From NCBI GenBank assembly GCA_965287045.1, contig OZ336885.1:62868001-62932000 (forward strand): 64,000 nucleotides of DNA, written 5' to 3'. Origin of the DNA: Carcharhinus amblyrhynchos. Its lineage: Eukaryota. Within the stretch, counting starts at the first letter, position 1. The number at the start of each line of letters is the position of its first letter. The translations under genes were made by a program, and so were the position numbers. A model generated the notes under the pieces. It had not been told where the DNA came from and made no database searches. It worked only from the letters and a program-made list of their open reading frames with translations. Of the stretch, positions 41,239 to 55,170 are shown piece after piece.

Positions 41239-41265
41239 AGCATCGTCTTCGAGAAAAAGAACAAG
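41239..41265 (+). CDS. Microexon B5 (27 nt): EHRLREKEQ
   Basis: cttgctttctattag|AGCATCGT...GAACAAG|gtagaa; matches the xxxLKEKEK pattern of B2/B3; weaker donor. Confidence 0.68.
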
Positions 41266-41602
41266 GTAGAATGAATAAGCATTAAAATGTTCCAGAATGA
41301 AGCAGAGATATTTATCAACACCTATCTTGTTGAGACGTGTTGATTCCATTGAGTCACGAATTACGTAATGTATGCATTGGAAAATGCTTGAGTTTTGACC
41401 TGCAACTAATTAAAGTAAGGAACTCCTGGAGATAAATCATACACAACTTTGATAAACAGTAATTTTCGTTCCTCTACTGCTGATCAAGTGTTGTGATAAG
41501 CTATGTTATTATTAATGTAAGTAAAGCTAAGTACGTGATTTTGATTCTTCAGATGCAACTTGAGCCCTCAAATTATCAAAGTTACATTTGTCTTCTTCAC
41601 AG

Positions 41603-41629
41603 CGGCAGAGAAGCTAGTTAAAGAAAAAG
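41603..41629 (+). CDS. Microexon B6 (27 nt AAEKLVKEK; 21 nt EKLVKEK if the second acceptor is used, exon start 41609)
   Basis: tttgtcttcttcacag|CGGCAG|AGAAG...AAAGAAAAAG|gtacttgctga; donor context nearly identical to B3 (AAAGAAAAAG|gtactttctga). Confidence 0.7.
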
Positions 41630-43339
41630 GTACTTGCTGAAAATTTGCTTCAATGCTGGTGGAAACGGAAACGCAGTTCTCATTTGCAGCGGTAGACATT
41701 AAAGCTTTGGTGAATGTAATGCCAAATTTTAATTTGTAACATGTCCCCACTGAGTGTTTTGTCATGCAACGTCAACGATTTTCAGCCAGGCCATGTTAGG
41801 TTGCTCCTGGTTGTGTAGATGACAACTTAAACTTACAGCCGATGACGACAAACGTTAGGTATCTTTAAAAGTGGCTCAGCCTATCTTATCATTGAACGTA
41901 GATAGAATGTTCACAGTCATCTTCAGTTTAAGTTGCTATGTTAAATACCCGTTTACAATCTTTCCTGTGATCACAAATGTAATAGATGCTAGTGACTGAT
42001 TTATTGTCGAGATATCAAACGGTAGCTGAAGGTATTGGCTGGAGAACTAGCTGACGGCTTACTAACATAGTGGAAATCTGTTGAACGTGTGTGCTGCAGC
42101 GTGGTAAAATGGAACTGTCGTTCACACTGCTCTCTCAGAGCGGCATGATACATGCTTCCAATCCTACCTACAGTGATTGCGTGTGGGTAGTTTTGCGTTT
42201 TCCCTTTTGTTTACACCTTCCCAGACATGCACCGATTAACTCGCACAATGCAAAGTTGTGCACGTTAGGTGGTTTCGTCATACACAATAGCCGTTTAGTC
42301 CTCTCCAGATGTTTATCTCAGGCGGAATATTGAGGTATACATCAGAATAGAGGAACGGGGTCTGCATGGTTTGCTCTTTTGGGGAGGTGATACCGGCTCA
42401 ATGGGCCCATTCAATCCACAATAACTTTTCTGATCTGGCGAAAAATGAAACCGAAGAAAAAACTGCTAATCAGTGTTGTCGACAGTTCTATTAACTTGCA
42501 TGTACAAATCAATCACCTGCTCAACCATATAATTTAGCTTACATCAAGTGTCTTTTTTCTTTTGAACGAATACCGAATTGATCGGAAATGAACTCTAGTA
42601 ACGACATAGTTTAATTATCAAGGGGGATTTAGCCTCTTGTGGTACTGAAGATTTACCAATTTTATCAAAGATTGTCGCGACAATATCCCACACATTTAAC
42701 ACGAAATGATGTACAATCGGGCGTGAGGCGAATAGCATGATTTGCGTCCTGGGAACAACATAAGCCAGCCAGTTACTCGTTTGTCTGAAAAATTTGGATT
42801 GTTCTTGACATTCTTCCAGTTGTTCCAGTGTGACCATCTCCCAATCCATCAGTCCGTGGCTTTGTTACTGCATATCTAGCAGCTGAGGTAGAATTTATCT
42901 CCGAGGTATCGCCTGCTGAGTTCTCGCCTCCAGCAAGCCACGCCGAAGCACAGGGCTCCTATTCACCCTCCCCCACCAATGTACACCATCAAATATGTCG
43001 GGCTCACCAGAGATTGAACCATGAGCGTGAGCAATAATTGGATCCACCGAGATATACCTATCTGACATGATGAACTGCGAGTTGCAAGCTGACGCCGAAA
43101 ATCTGCCACCCCCGGAGTCGATTAACTCACATGCTCCAAGGACTTATTGCGAACTGTCTGGGGAAGGATGGGTGCGAAACGCAGTGGATGCCACCATTTC
43201 AGAATTTTTCAGGGCATCCAAAATCTGACCCCACACATAAGTTGTACTTTTAAGCGCAAGCTAGGGAGAGGAATCCGAGATACACAAGAATTGTTTCATA
43301 TTTCTCTACTGAACTCAGGACAATGTGCAAAGAAGATGA

Positions 43340-46036
43340 GGGGCGCGATTTTTTGGTCGCGAACGACAACTCTTCTGTGGGGTCGCGGTGGGAGATGCGT
43401 GTCACGGGCCTTGAACAGAAATTTGCACATGCGCGTGGAATCCGTGTGCATGTCGCAGAGCAGCAAACAGTCGCCGGTCAGACCATACGAGAAACTGGTG
43501 ATAGCCTGCGCATCCTGGCTGCACCCAAGGGGCAAAGTACCAGTACTCAGGGCGCACCGTGTACCTGCTGATCAGGAATCGGGATGTGCGGCCTATTGTG
43601 GGCGGGGCCAAAGGTTAATCGGTGCGGGTGGAAGACCCCTTGCCATTCTGCGGACAAGATTGTTCTGCGATGGAAGTTGGGGTGGGCCAGGGGCTTGTCT
43701 ACCAGTGAAATTGGAGTGCTTCAGCGATTATATTATAGGTGTCAGTGAAGAAAGGTCTACGGGGTGTTAATGGAACGCCAATGCTGGGGGCGGGGTGGGG
43801 GTGGGGGGCGGTGGGGTGGGTGGGTGAGGGGCCTGTGCATCGGGGCTCTTCATCGGGGTGGCGTGGCCAGTGTTGGTCCAAGAGTTGTTCCAGGGGCCAC
43901 GATCGCGTTGTGGGATGGACTGAGGCGGAGGGGTGTAGGGGCAGAACTGCGATGCTCTCGGGCGGGCCAACTATTGAACTGGCCAGCAAAAGAGGGGTTT
44001 GACGCATCGGAACCACTGCACGTCCAGAAATGTCCGACTCCGTAGCGAATAGGCCGCATCCCTTGGGGTTGTCATAATTATCACGACTAGGACGTCTTCA
44101 ATGGACATAGTGCACAGATTCAGTTGAGAAGCTGAACTGACAAAACAGTCAGGATTTAGAACAACTGTCCCGCCATTTCAGCATATTTGGCAGAATCGCC
44201 TTCTCCAGGAACAGACTCGTTGACTCTCCAAGCCTGCAGCGATCAGGCTATTCATTTGAATTGCACCCCCCATTTTCCCGGCGACCACGTTCTTTTTCCC
44301 CTGAAATAAGCCCCTTAAAGTTTACTCTCCTGTCTGTCTTCATGACCTCCCATGGCAGCGAGTTCCAGGCATCCACCACACAACCTGTGAAAATAAACAT
44401 GAAAAGAACGTTTCATTTAAACTTTGTCCCTCACAGCCAAGCTCCATGCCACTTAGAAATGCCTCACATTGATTGGAGATTCAACAAGTGCAACATTTAT
44501 TGATTTTAAACCAAGCATGTTGCAGTTCCCCTTCCTCAGGCAGCTCCAGCACCCGCTCCTGAAAGTTGGTGAGGCTTCATAGGCCTGGCTGGCCACCTCC
44601 TGTCTTCGCCCTCTGTCCGGTGTCATGTTTGGTCATTGCTAAGAGTAGAAGAAAGAATGGAAGGAATGAAGATGTGGCACTGCAGATTATCAGGGGCTGA
44701 ATCTCTGTGGCCAAGCAGATTGTTACTTTTCGTAGAGAGGGATAGGAAGGTGGCGCTTGAAGATAGGGGCTGGAACCATGCAGAGTGCTGGGTGGGAGAA
44801 TAGGGCAGAGATTTGTGGGAAGATGCGAGATGGGGTGACGCAATCACAGTTGCAGACCAGATTAGGTTAATGAACTTCTTATGGCATTGCTTGCCGAAAC
44901 TGCCGGCGAGTGCCATAGCACTTATAGATGTGGGAACTGCCTCCCAGGCCGCATTGTCATCAACTTCCCTGGCATCGTGTCCTGCTGGGGAGAAACTAAT
45001 GCTCCACCTTGCCTCCGTCCCAGCCAACAGCAAGCGAGGCCATCACCAATGAATCGAGGTGCTGCATGTTGGGCCACTTTTTGCTGCACTTCGGCCTGCC
45101 CATCTTTTTTTTAAATTATTTTATAGTGCTGCCCCTTGTTATAACAGATCAGCTGCAGACATTTTGGCAGAGCATTTCAGTAATTGACATGAAATGTCCT
45201 GTTAGCATTGTAAGGAAATCAATGGAGGATTTACTGGTGTGCTGATGGATGACAGGTTCAGTGCCTCTATGATAATTAGGGACGAGAGAGAGAGAGCGAG
45301 TAGTCTCGCCGCCGTGAGAGTTCGGGGGAAATGGGGGCCAAGTGTCGGAATGTCCAAGGCGGGACAGAGGTGGAGAGAAATCACTTTGCCCGAGATAGGT
45401 GGGGGAAGCGGAGGGATCAGTCTGCCTGACGTCTGTGGGAGTAATGGTGTTTGCGCGGCAAAGTCACATTGCATGAGACTGATAGGGGGTGGGGGCAGTG
45501 GGGGGTTCGTTTGAGGCTGGGATTGCTGCCATTTTTTTTCTGCGTTTGGTGGTGGTGGTCGGGGGGGGGGGGAGTTGGGGGGATATGGAGGCCGCTGCTA
45601 CTCTCTCTCGATCAGAAGGGGAAGATTCAGCGCTGCCACAGTACCTGCTATCGGTCACCTCTGTCACTCCGCCTGTGATCGGTGATTAGAGGGGCAGTGT
45701 CATTCTGCCTGAGACCATTGAGGGGGAAAAGGCGCCGCTACAACTCTTCCTCCGAAGGGTGAAAGGGGAAGGGGACGCGATCTGTCTGAGTGGCAGAGTG
45801 GTGAGGGCATAAGGGGGTTATTAATGCGAGGGAGCCTGTAGGAATGTGTCAGCATTCCATCCTTCGTGTGGAAGTGCAGAGTTTTTTGGCTGCTACCTCA
45901 GCTGCATTGTTTCAGGCGCGTTCAGCAGTGCACACAGGCTTCTGCATCGACATTCGGAATCGCGGATTTTTTTTTGAGAAACCTCCGCTTGGGATCAGAA
46001 AACGGAACTGAAACAGTGACAGTTTCAATTCCGCCC
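43340..46036. mobile_element. Decayed PIF/Harbinger transposon 2
   Basis: Imperfect TIRs ggggcgcgatt / aattccgccc with TGA on both flanks; Myb/SANT remnant on - (AAWEAVPTSISA...KQCHKKFINL, about 44850-45060); weak transposase remnants on + near 43840-44050. Confidence 0.7.
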
Positions 46037-49000
46037 TGAACTTCGTATGAACATGGTGGAATTTTACTGTGTGTGTGTGTGTGTGGTTAGAGTGCGTGTG
46101 TGTGCTTGCTTGTTTGCGCTTGTTGGTCCTGATTTTGATTGGAGGGTATTTCTGAGTCGGAAGCTGCTGCTGTTGACCAGTAGTTTGCCCTTATAATGAA
46201 ATGTAATTAAAGCACTTGAGGACATAATTCCGATTGAGAGCATCAGGCATAAATATAATTGTTTTGCACAGTCGCCTCTCTGTACACATATTCACAAGTA
46301 CAGTCATAACCGTCCATCCATGAAAGCTTTTACGAGGCGAATTGCTGAATATGCGCTTTGGCATTCAGGGACTTGAAGACGTTACCTGACTTTGACAAAC
46401 TGCATGGTTCGCCTGAATACGCACAATTAACGTGCTGACCACTGAAGCGCCAAGCAAAGTCCACATCCAACAGGAGGGCGCCCATCCCTTTCATTTGGTT
46501 TCACAAAATCGTCACATCCATGGAAAAGGAGGGTGAATGTTCAGCATGTTACCATTATACCAAAATTAGCTGGGGTGGCTCTATATATTGCGTAGATCTT
46601 GGAGTAGCTCAAAGCTTGAAATTATTCCATGAACAGGTGATTTTTTTTTGTTCCAGCAATAAATGCCCGCCATTTACAACGTGTAAGTCACGAGGATGAT
46701 GGCATATGTTGCAGTTCGTGAATGAGTAAAGATCAAAAATCATCAAGCGGTGTGAAAAAAAAGAGGGAAATCAAAGTGCTCACAAGTCATAGAACTTACA
46801 GCATCTATAACGTAATGGATGCATCTATCCAGAGGTGTTGGGACAAATTTGTAAAGTATCTGCTGTAATTAGCCATGACAATTAGGTTAAAATTGTTTTT
46901 GCTCATATCCGTTTCATATCAAAATATGTTACCTCTATTATGTCAGGAATCGTTCATATACCCAACCCCTTATACCGAAATATGAAGTGAATTATTAAGT
47001 AGGCGGTTTGTGGTACCAACGGATCGTTGTTTTATCTGGCATGTGTTGTCCTGGATACCTTAAATGTCTGAAACATAAATGATTCGAAGCATTGGACATG
47101 ATTTCCCGATTGCGACCCACAATTTCTCTGTGAGGTTGGGCCGGGAAATGCGGGTGTTGGCCCTTTCTCGAGTTCCCGGACAACTTTTTCCGATGCATCC
47201 GCATCTCCCAGACGGAGAAAAATGATGCCACCGGAACCCGCCGAAAACCAGAGGGCCTATGATTAGTATGAGTTTACGTATCATTGCATGCATTTGTCGG
47301 AATCCACACGTCAACATCAGCGCATGTCTGCGTCTCCAACATCTTTGGCGTGATGTAATTTTGGCACAAAATAGAACAGATATTCACAAGTCGCTACCTA
47401 GCTTGGCAGCCTTAAAAGTGGGTGCGCAAGTAACCGTTAGTGCAGCGGGGAAATGTTGCAGGCAGATCCTGTAGGCGCGTAGAGGGTAGGTGGACGAGCT
47501 TCGATTTCTTCACACCTCTCTGAGGTTCTATCTGAGAGTCCTACTCCCCACCTCCCACGTCCAACGCTGCGCAGTGCTTAAGCGCACTGTGAGAGGCAGC
47601 ATCCTCCCCCTGCTCCAAGAAGCGCTGACGCGCATAGCGAAAGGCAACATCGATTGCTCCCGCTTCTTCCCCCAGCCTCCCAAGAAGAGCTGAAGTGCAT
47701 TGTGCAAAGCATTCGGGAGAAGTCCCGTTTCCCCTCCCACCTCCACTCCAATTTGTACTGACATTGTCTTGTTGCGGAATATGGTTACAGACTCTACAAA
47801 GTCCTGCCGAGATATGAATACACCAAGTACTCACTGAGGTCGAAACAGATGAACCAGATGCTGCTCCGGACCGGAGTTCACAGATTCAGCCATGGACTGC
47901 GTGGAATCTGCTATCACTGAGCACACACCTTATTCGGATTTGCATTATTACTATGTCCTGTGACACGGACCGGCAACATATGACTGTAACAGATTCTACA
48001 GTTGCGCACTTAACAATGGCTCAAGAGTGTGCATTGCTCGCGCCTGCACACCGATCGTTATATTCGGTACCAGCATTTGCCATGATGGCAATCTCACACA
48101 ACCCTAATCCGGCCATGTATGGCAGAACGGATTGTGTGTGGTTGCCAACTCCCACAAGTGGGGATGTTGGCCTTAGTGAGGAATTGTGGTAGTACTTTGT
48201 TTATGCAGCCAATGATAATAATCCATCATTCCACGCTTTTTTTTCCCAAACTCCACGGCACAGATGTCTCTCGCTTTGTTCGATCTGGAGCAGGATATGT
48301 TGGTGCATAGGAGGAGAAGTGCATGGCTCTGGAGGTCGCAGAAGTGGTGAGACAACCACAAGGGCAGCCACCAACAGGCCTTCAAGAACGAGGGCATGAG
48401 GCTCCTATTGAGGGCCAGGTTGTGCGCGGAAGCTGCCATGAAGGTGCATAGAAGGCAGCGGATGCTGAGACCAAGGAGGTACAGCTCCTACATACCCATT
48501 GAGGCCCTCTCGGAGGAATGTGCCAACGCTGGCTGCGTCTGTCCGAGACTACATTTCATCAAACTTTTGAGGTGTGCTCATACCTGGTACTTCAGCGGAA
48601 CGGCGGGCACCTGTTTCCTGTGGCCGTTAAGTTGACAGCAGGTATTCATTTCTATGCGTCCAGGTCATTCCAGGGTCCCGTGGCGACCGAGCGCGGATCT
48701 CCCAGTCCTCCATGCACCATTGTGTGTGGCTAGTCACAGATTTGTTGTATGCCCGAGCTGAGCAATTAATTGATTTTGATGTGGGTGTGTACAGCTGGAG
48801 GCCCCGGCTTTCTGCTTTGTATCCATCGCCGGGATTCTGAATGTGCAGGAAATCGTGGAAGGCAATCACATCACCTTGTGGGTCCCGCATGCAGGGCAGG
48901 AGCAATTTTTGAACTGGAAGGGGTTCTACTCCCGGAACTTCAAATAGCCTGTGATCATCCGCTCAAAATCATGCAGCTCAGTGACGCCAAATGAGGGGTG

Positions 49001-49322
49001 TGCATTATAGTTTTTTAACCCGGCAGTCAGACATCCCTGGGCTCTTTGAAGACGGGCCTAGGCCTCCGGGATGGCTATTGGGTGACAAAGGATTCTGACT
49101 AAGGTCATGGTTGATGATGCCAGCCTGGTGGCCCCAGACCGAAGCAGAGACCCGGTGCAACGAGGTAATATATCAACCTTGTCGCTCGTTGACCAGTGCT
49201 TCGTCCTGCTCAAGACGTGGTTCCACTGCTTGGTTCGATCTTGGAAGCCCTCCAGTATGAGGGTGTGCAATCTTCAGCATCGTTATTGTTTGCTGCACCC
49301 TGCACAACATCGACTGCACACC

Positions 49323-49653
49323 AGGGCTAGAGGGCACAGCCTCAAGATAAGGTGGTGGTGGGGGGGGGGGGGGGGAGTTTAGAACAGAGTTGAGGAGGAA
49401 CTTCTTCACTCAAAGGGTGGTGAATCTCTGGAATTCTCTTCCCGTTGAAGTGGTGGAGGCAACTTCGTTAAATATATTTAAGACACGGGTAGATGGGTTT
49501 TTGGTAGACACGGGAATTAAGGGTTATGGGGAGAAAGCTGGAAATTGGAACTGAGCCACTTCAGATCAGCCATGATCTTATTGAATTGTGGGGCAGGCTC
49601 GAAGGGCTAGATGGCCTACTCCTGCTCCTAAATCTTATGTTCTTATGTTCTTA
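49323..49653 (+). mobile_element. Young CR1 3' end inserted in the Harbinger transposase
   Basis: RGHSLKI...; (ttatgttc)n tail; lies just after the transposase LHNI motif. Confidence 0.9.
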
Positions 49654-50415
49654 TCGCCAAACGAGGTGGGGAGGGGAACCAGCTGGAATAGGGGGAGGAG
49701 GAGGAGTAGAAGCAAGCGGGAAAGGTGGGCGCCCCACCACATGCAGAGATGGAGGATAGATGGTGGGCGGCATTGGCAAGTTTACAGCAAGGAAGGGCAG
49801 AGAGGGACACGTTGCTTGCAGCCCGCTTCACCAAGCTGATGCTGCGCAGTTCGGTGGATGCAAGACATGCACATCTACACCACGCCAAGAACAAGTAGAA
49901 CCATTATTCACCCTCCAAACCAACCTGAGACCACAAACCACCACATGACCCTTCCCCTGCTCCTGCCATCCCATCACACAAACCCCCAGAAACATACAAC
50001 CAAACAAATGTGCTTGGGCTGGCAAGGGTTATGATTTGTGGCTTAAGATGTGAGGATGATGAAGGGAACACATTCTTCTTGGACAACAGAGGGATGGGGG
50101 TTGGGAGCATCTGGTGAATGTTCAGAAGGGTATGGCAGACACTCTAAAACATAGGCTCAATTGACAAGGCTCAACAGATAGCATTTCTGTGTTTGGAAGT
50201 CTGAAGTACTTAGCTTTTTTTTTGTGGGGTGCATATGCGGGGTGAGGGCAAATGAGAGACAAGTTAGTCACAGATTGATGTACAATTACTGTGCTCTTAA
50301 CATAAATGAGTACCAAAACCTGATAATGCTTACCTTCATTCGTGCCCTCCAGTGAATCACAACGTTCTAACTTTGTGTTGTCTATTGTTTGTGTTGTCTG
50401 TTCTTTGTGTAGTCT

Positions 50416-52065
50416 ATTGTTACTGGGGAGGCAGTGCTCGACAGACTGGAGGGGCTTATTGTGGACAAGTCCCCAGGACCGGATGGAATGCATCCAATGG
50501 TTCTGAAAGAAATGGCGGAGGTGATAGCGGATGCCTTGGTGGCTATTTTCCAAACATCGTTGGATTCCGGGGAAGTGCCGGAAGATTGGAAAACGGCTAA
50601 TGTTACACCGTTGTTTAAGAAGGGTGGCAGGCAAAAGGCAGGGAATTATAGGCCGGTAGTTTAACGTCTGTTGTAGGTAAAATGTTAGAATCCGTGATCA
50701 AGGAGAAAATAGCGAGGCAGCTTGAGGAGAATTGATTGCTAGAGCAGACGCAGCACGGTTTTGTTAATGGGAAGGCGTGTCTGACAAATTTATTGGAGTT
50801 CCATGAGGATGGGTCTAGGGCGGTGGATAGAGGAGAGCCGATGGATGCGGTGTTTCTTGATTTTCAGAAGGTGTTTGATAAGGTACCGCAGCAGAGGTTA
50901 TTACAGAAGGTTAGGGGGCATGGAGTTGGGGGTAGGGTGTTAGCGTGGATAGAGGATTGGCTGTCAAATAGGAGGCAGAGAGTGGGGGTCAATGGGTGCT
51001 ATTTGGATTGGCGGTTGGTAGCTAGTGGAGTGCCCCAGGGGTCGCTGCTGGGGCCTCAGCTATTTACTATTTATATAGATGATTTGGAGGAGGGAACCGA
51101 GTGTATGGTGTCGAAATGTGCTGATGACACCAAGATTGGTGGAACGGCAAATTGTGCGGAGGGTGTGGAAAGTCTGCAGAAGGAAATAGACAGGCTGGGC
51201 GAATGGGCCAGGAACTGGCAAATGGGATTTAATGTTGGCAAGTGTGAAGTTGTCCACTTTGGTAGGAATAATGGTAGGAAGGACTATTACTTACATGGCG
51301 AAAAAACTGCAGCATGCGACGGTGCAGAGGGACCTTGGGGTCCTTGTGCATGAGTCGCAAAAACCCAGCCTGCAGGTGCAGCAGGTGACCAGGAAGGCTA
51401 ATGGGATGCTGGCCTTCATAGCGAGGGGGATTGAATATAAAAGTAGGGAGGTCTTGCTGCAGCTGTACAGGGCACTGGTGAGGCCGCAGCTGGAGTACTG
51501 TGTGCAGTTTTGGTCGCCGCACTTACGCAAGGATACTTTGGTCTCGAAGGGAGTGCAGAGGACGTTTACTAGGCTGATGCCGGAGTTGAGGGGGTTGAAC
51601 TATGAGAACAGGCTGAATAAACTAGGCTTGTACAAGTTAGAGTTCAGAAGAATGAGGGGATATCTCATTGAGACATATAAGATGATGAATGGGATGGATA
51701 GAATAGAGGTGGAGAGGCTCTTCCCGCTCAGAGAGGACAGTAGGACTCGAGGGCACAGCCTCAAGATAAAGGGGAGGGGGGGTGGGGGTCGGTTTAGAAA
51801 GGAGTTGAGGAGGAAATTCTTCACTCAAAGAGTGGTGAATCTCTGGAATTTTCTGCCCATTGAAGTGGTGGAGGCTGCCTCGCTAAATATATTTAAGACG
51901 CGGGCTGATAGGTTTTTGATAGGCAAGGGGATTAAGGTTATGGGGAGAGGGCGGGAAAGTGGAGCTGAGCCACGACAGATCAGCCATGATCTTATTGAAT
52001 GGCGGGGCAGGCTCGAAGGGCTAGATGGCCTACTCCTGCTTCTATTTCTTATGTTCTTATGCTCT
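50416..52065 (+). mobile_element. Young CR1 LINE, about 1.65 kb, 5'-truncated RT with stop and frameshifts
   Basis: KSPGPDGMHP, VPEDWKTANVTPLFKKG, NYRPV, QHGF, GVPQGSLLGP, CADDTK (FADD mutated), LEYCVQFWSP, and the tail. Confidence 0.95.
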
Positions 52066-55000
52066 TTCTCTAGGTAGCACCTAGACAAAGGAGATAGTAG
52101 GTGGATGTGTCCAGCTGTGATATATGTCCCATTACTTGAGATGGCCTTGGCTGACGTCCCCAGGTTGCACGAACTGGAACGCCCTGGTTGACTTGTGGAT
52201 GATACTGTTTGAGTGCCACCTTGTTCATCTCATTGGCCCTGACACACCCCCTTGCGAGAAAGGGAGAATTGGGAGATGTCTGGACTTTTGGGATCTCCTA
52301 GCTGAATGGCACTGGCATGACCTCAAGTATTTCCTCTTATCTTGGGGTACACAAAGACCCCGGTGGGATACCATGAAACCCCAACGTAGGTAAATTGAGC
52401 TCCAGATTCTCTGGCGTTACCAGTCTCTGCCAGTCCTGTTGTCCTAGAACTGTTTGCCCCGTGTTGTGTGGTCCCGCAACGCAGGCCGTCTGACACTCAG
52501 CCAATCCCTGCAACACTCAGCTACAGCATTCTGCGAGAAAGCCAGTCTCTTGATCAACAGTACTCCACTGCGCCTGGGCGTTGTTGTCCAAGCTCACAGC
52601 CATGGTCTGCAGCGTCTCCAGGATACCAGCCAGATTCCCAGGCATGGCCAGTTGTGTTTACACATAACATCCACACCCATGGTCACTGAACTCTATGTGT
52701 CTCCTGAATGGGATAAAGACACTCGCCCGTGTCCAGTAGTGTCAGCAACGTGACTGGGACTCTGTCACACATGAAGAAAGACTCGTGAGCCGGAATTTCC
52801 ATCGTGGCCGGCACCCTTGCAGTGTTAGCCTAAATCGCACGCTGTTTCGTCGCCACATGCTGCAAAAGCAATGTTTTTGACCCCCTAAATACAGCCTTGC
52901 AGTCGCTGCATGTTGGCTGACAGCCCTTTTACAACTCCCCGGGTTTCCTTGATGCATCTGCACCAGCTTTGGGAGAAACAAACCCGAAAGCCTTCTGGTC
53001 TCCAGCAACTCACCGTAAGCCCAAGCCCTGGGATGGGCCCGCCTCCACCCGGTGAGCATCAGCGGCAGAGACGTGTTGGAAAGATCATGACCCAGAAGCA
53101 TCAGCACGAAAGGTACCCACATTGTGAATGTCTCTATGTTGATGTGTTGCATGCAAGATGCTGATGACACTTCCGTGGTGCTGCTCTCAAAGGATTTATC
53201 AGTGCTTCCCTCCGAGATGTCACCTAGAGGGTCGTAGGCAGTTAGCTCCATAGTAGTGTGGGTGGCAGCAAATCCCGAATAGTCGGGCTGTTCTGGATCC
53301 AGAGCTGGAAAAATAGAACGTGCAATTCGGAGACAGAGGCAAACATTCTCTGCAGCATCGCACATACTTAGAGTAGAGCGATGTTTGAGCGTGAGCTTCT
53401 GCTCACTGCATGCTGTATGCTGACCTGGCTGTCAGTGACCGTTCGGTGTGGCCCATCACCCCATGCCAGCTTCATGGCACACTCATCAATGCTACTCAGT
53501 TTCCCCCTGATATGCACATGCCTATCAGTCTATGTCGTCTCCCGCGCTTTGCAGATTTTTTTTTCTGCAGGAATATGAGGTGATTAGCAATTATTAACAT
53601 TTTACAGTGCATATTGCCTATGTCATGGGTGTTGTGCTGACATTTTCGGGGAAAACTGTCACCACTGAATGGTACGCATTGAGAGATGACGGAAGTGGCT
53701 TAGGTTAGAGGTTCATTGCTTTTTAATTGGTCGGCGCAACTCCGTGGGCCGAAGGGCCTGTTCTGCGCTGTAATGTTCTATGTTCTATGCTGTTCACATG
53801 TTGCATGCGCTTTCTGTGTTTAAGAAGGGTTAGAGATCCGTGCCAAGCATGCGTACAATTTCAAGTTTAATGGTCTATCAGCCTTGCTGCACGCAGACGA
53901 TCGTGCGGTTTATTTTTGGGCACTTCCTGCCAGAGCACGGTGTCAGGCTCCTGGCATTGACCACACCTGCCACCCTCCCACAATGTCATGGCAGATGCGC
54001 CTCTTGATTTGGGCGCAGGCCAGTGAGCAGATGGTCACATCTCTCCTCTACGCCATCTAGCAGATGCTACTGGCCTGCGTGCAAAATTCTGGAAGATGCT
54101 TCCTGTGCGTAAATCTTTTTTTTGGCGTGACTGGCTCTGTACCCATTCCTGCAGCTTATATAGAGGTCTGGCTTATTACGTGAGTGCAGAGGCAGTGAGT
54201 GTGGCCAGTTGGCGACAATCACATATGACAAAGTTTGAAGTTTTCATTCAGTTGACTGTTATTCACCCTCAGTATTTTGCTTGGCCGCCATTCATTCGGC
54301 AGCTGTATCCGGGTTATGGTAGTGGCGGGGGAAGGTTTGGGGTGAATTTAACAATCAGAATTATTAATCGATTCACTGCTATGTTCGGGGGCGAGGGGTG
54401 GGGAGTGCAATAACAAAGGCTCACATTCAAGAGAGGGAATGATTGCAACCTGGGGTTCTGCATATCAACACATTTGTAGTTCATTGCAGGGAAGCAGTGA
54501 GGGCAGTATGTTCAAGGGATGGAGAGATTGCGGACCCTCATTATCCGGTCCACGGTGGCATGTAGTGAGCAGGCAGCCATACCTCTTTGGGGAACACGGG
54601 GTTTAGGGGTCGGGGCGGGGAGAGGGCATTGGGGCCAGCGGTATCTCTGTCCGGGGTTGTCAGTGTTGTTGGGGCTAGCAATGAGGCCAGCGATGAGGTG
54701 TATGCGTGTGTTGCGGGGCGGGGGGAAGTGAGGGCGCGGTGTTTGTGGGGGCCAGCGATGAATTCGAGTGTTTGAGGAAAGCGATCGACTATTTTCTTCG
54801 ATCTACCACCGTTATGCTCATATACTGGTTCCTACTCATCCCAGCGATTTCAGGCTCTTTGCCGCGAATGAGCCCCAGCTCCCCCCAGCGTTTAATGATA
54901 TACACGACTGGGCCCTCTGCAGTGCACATTGTACAGGGATTTGGGCGAAAAGCTGAACTGAGAAATCAGTCGAGATTTGGAACAAATTTCCCATCTGTTC

Positions 55001-55170
55001 AGCACTTTTGTGAGACCGGCGGTCATTATTCAACATTGTTGTTTCGCTGGACTCAACAGGTTTGATGAATAAGCAGTTCGATCCCTTCTTGAATTCAGAG
55101 TACTGTTCGTATTCCGTTGCGTATCGGGTTCAATTCATAAATGTTGTATTAATGTGTATGTGCCAAACAG

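Larger units (their letters stand above)
47140..54970. mobile_element. Decayed PIF/Harbinger transposon 3: transposase on + (about 48340-49320), Myb/SANT on - (about 53880-54090); CR1 copies nested inside
   Basis: FPVAVKLTAGIHFYASRSFQ, NWKGFYS, QIACDHPLKIMQL and LHNI motifs of HARBI1-like transposase; minus-strand DGVEER...RAAR. Ends approximate. Confidence 0.75.

Noticed and set aside
43147-43770. 207-aa ORF
   Set aside because: Crosses the transposon boundary into GC-rich subterminal sequence; no recognisable motif.
46657-46682. 26-nt segment with a good acceptor and gtaagt donor
   Set aside because: Not a multiple of 3 and no similarity to A or B exons.
50434-52077. Active or domesticated reverse transcriptase gene
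   Set aside because: 5'-truncated, with a stop and frameshifts, and the FADD motif changed to CADD; an ordinary dead CR1 copy.
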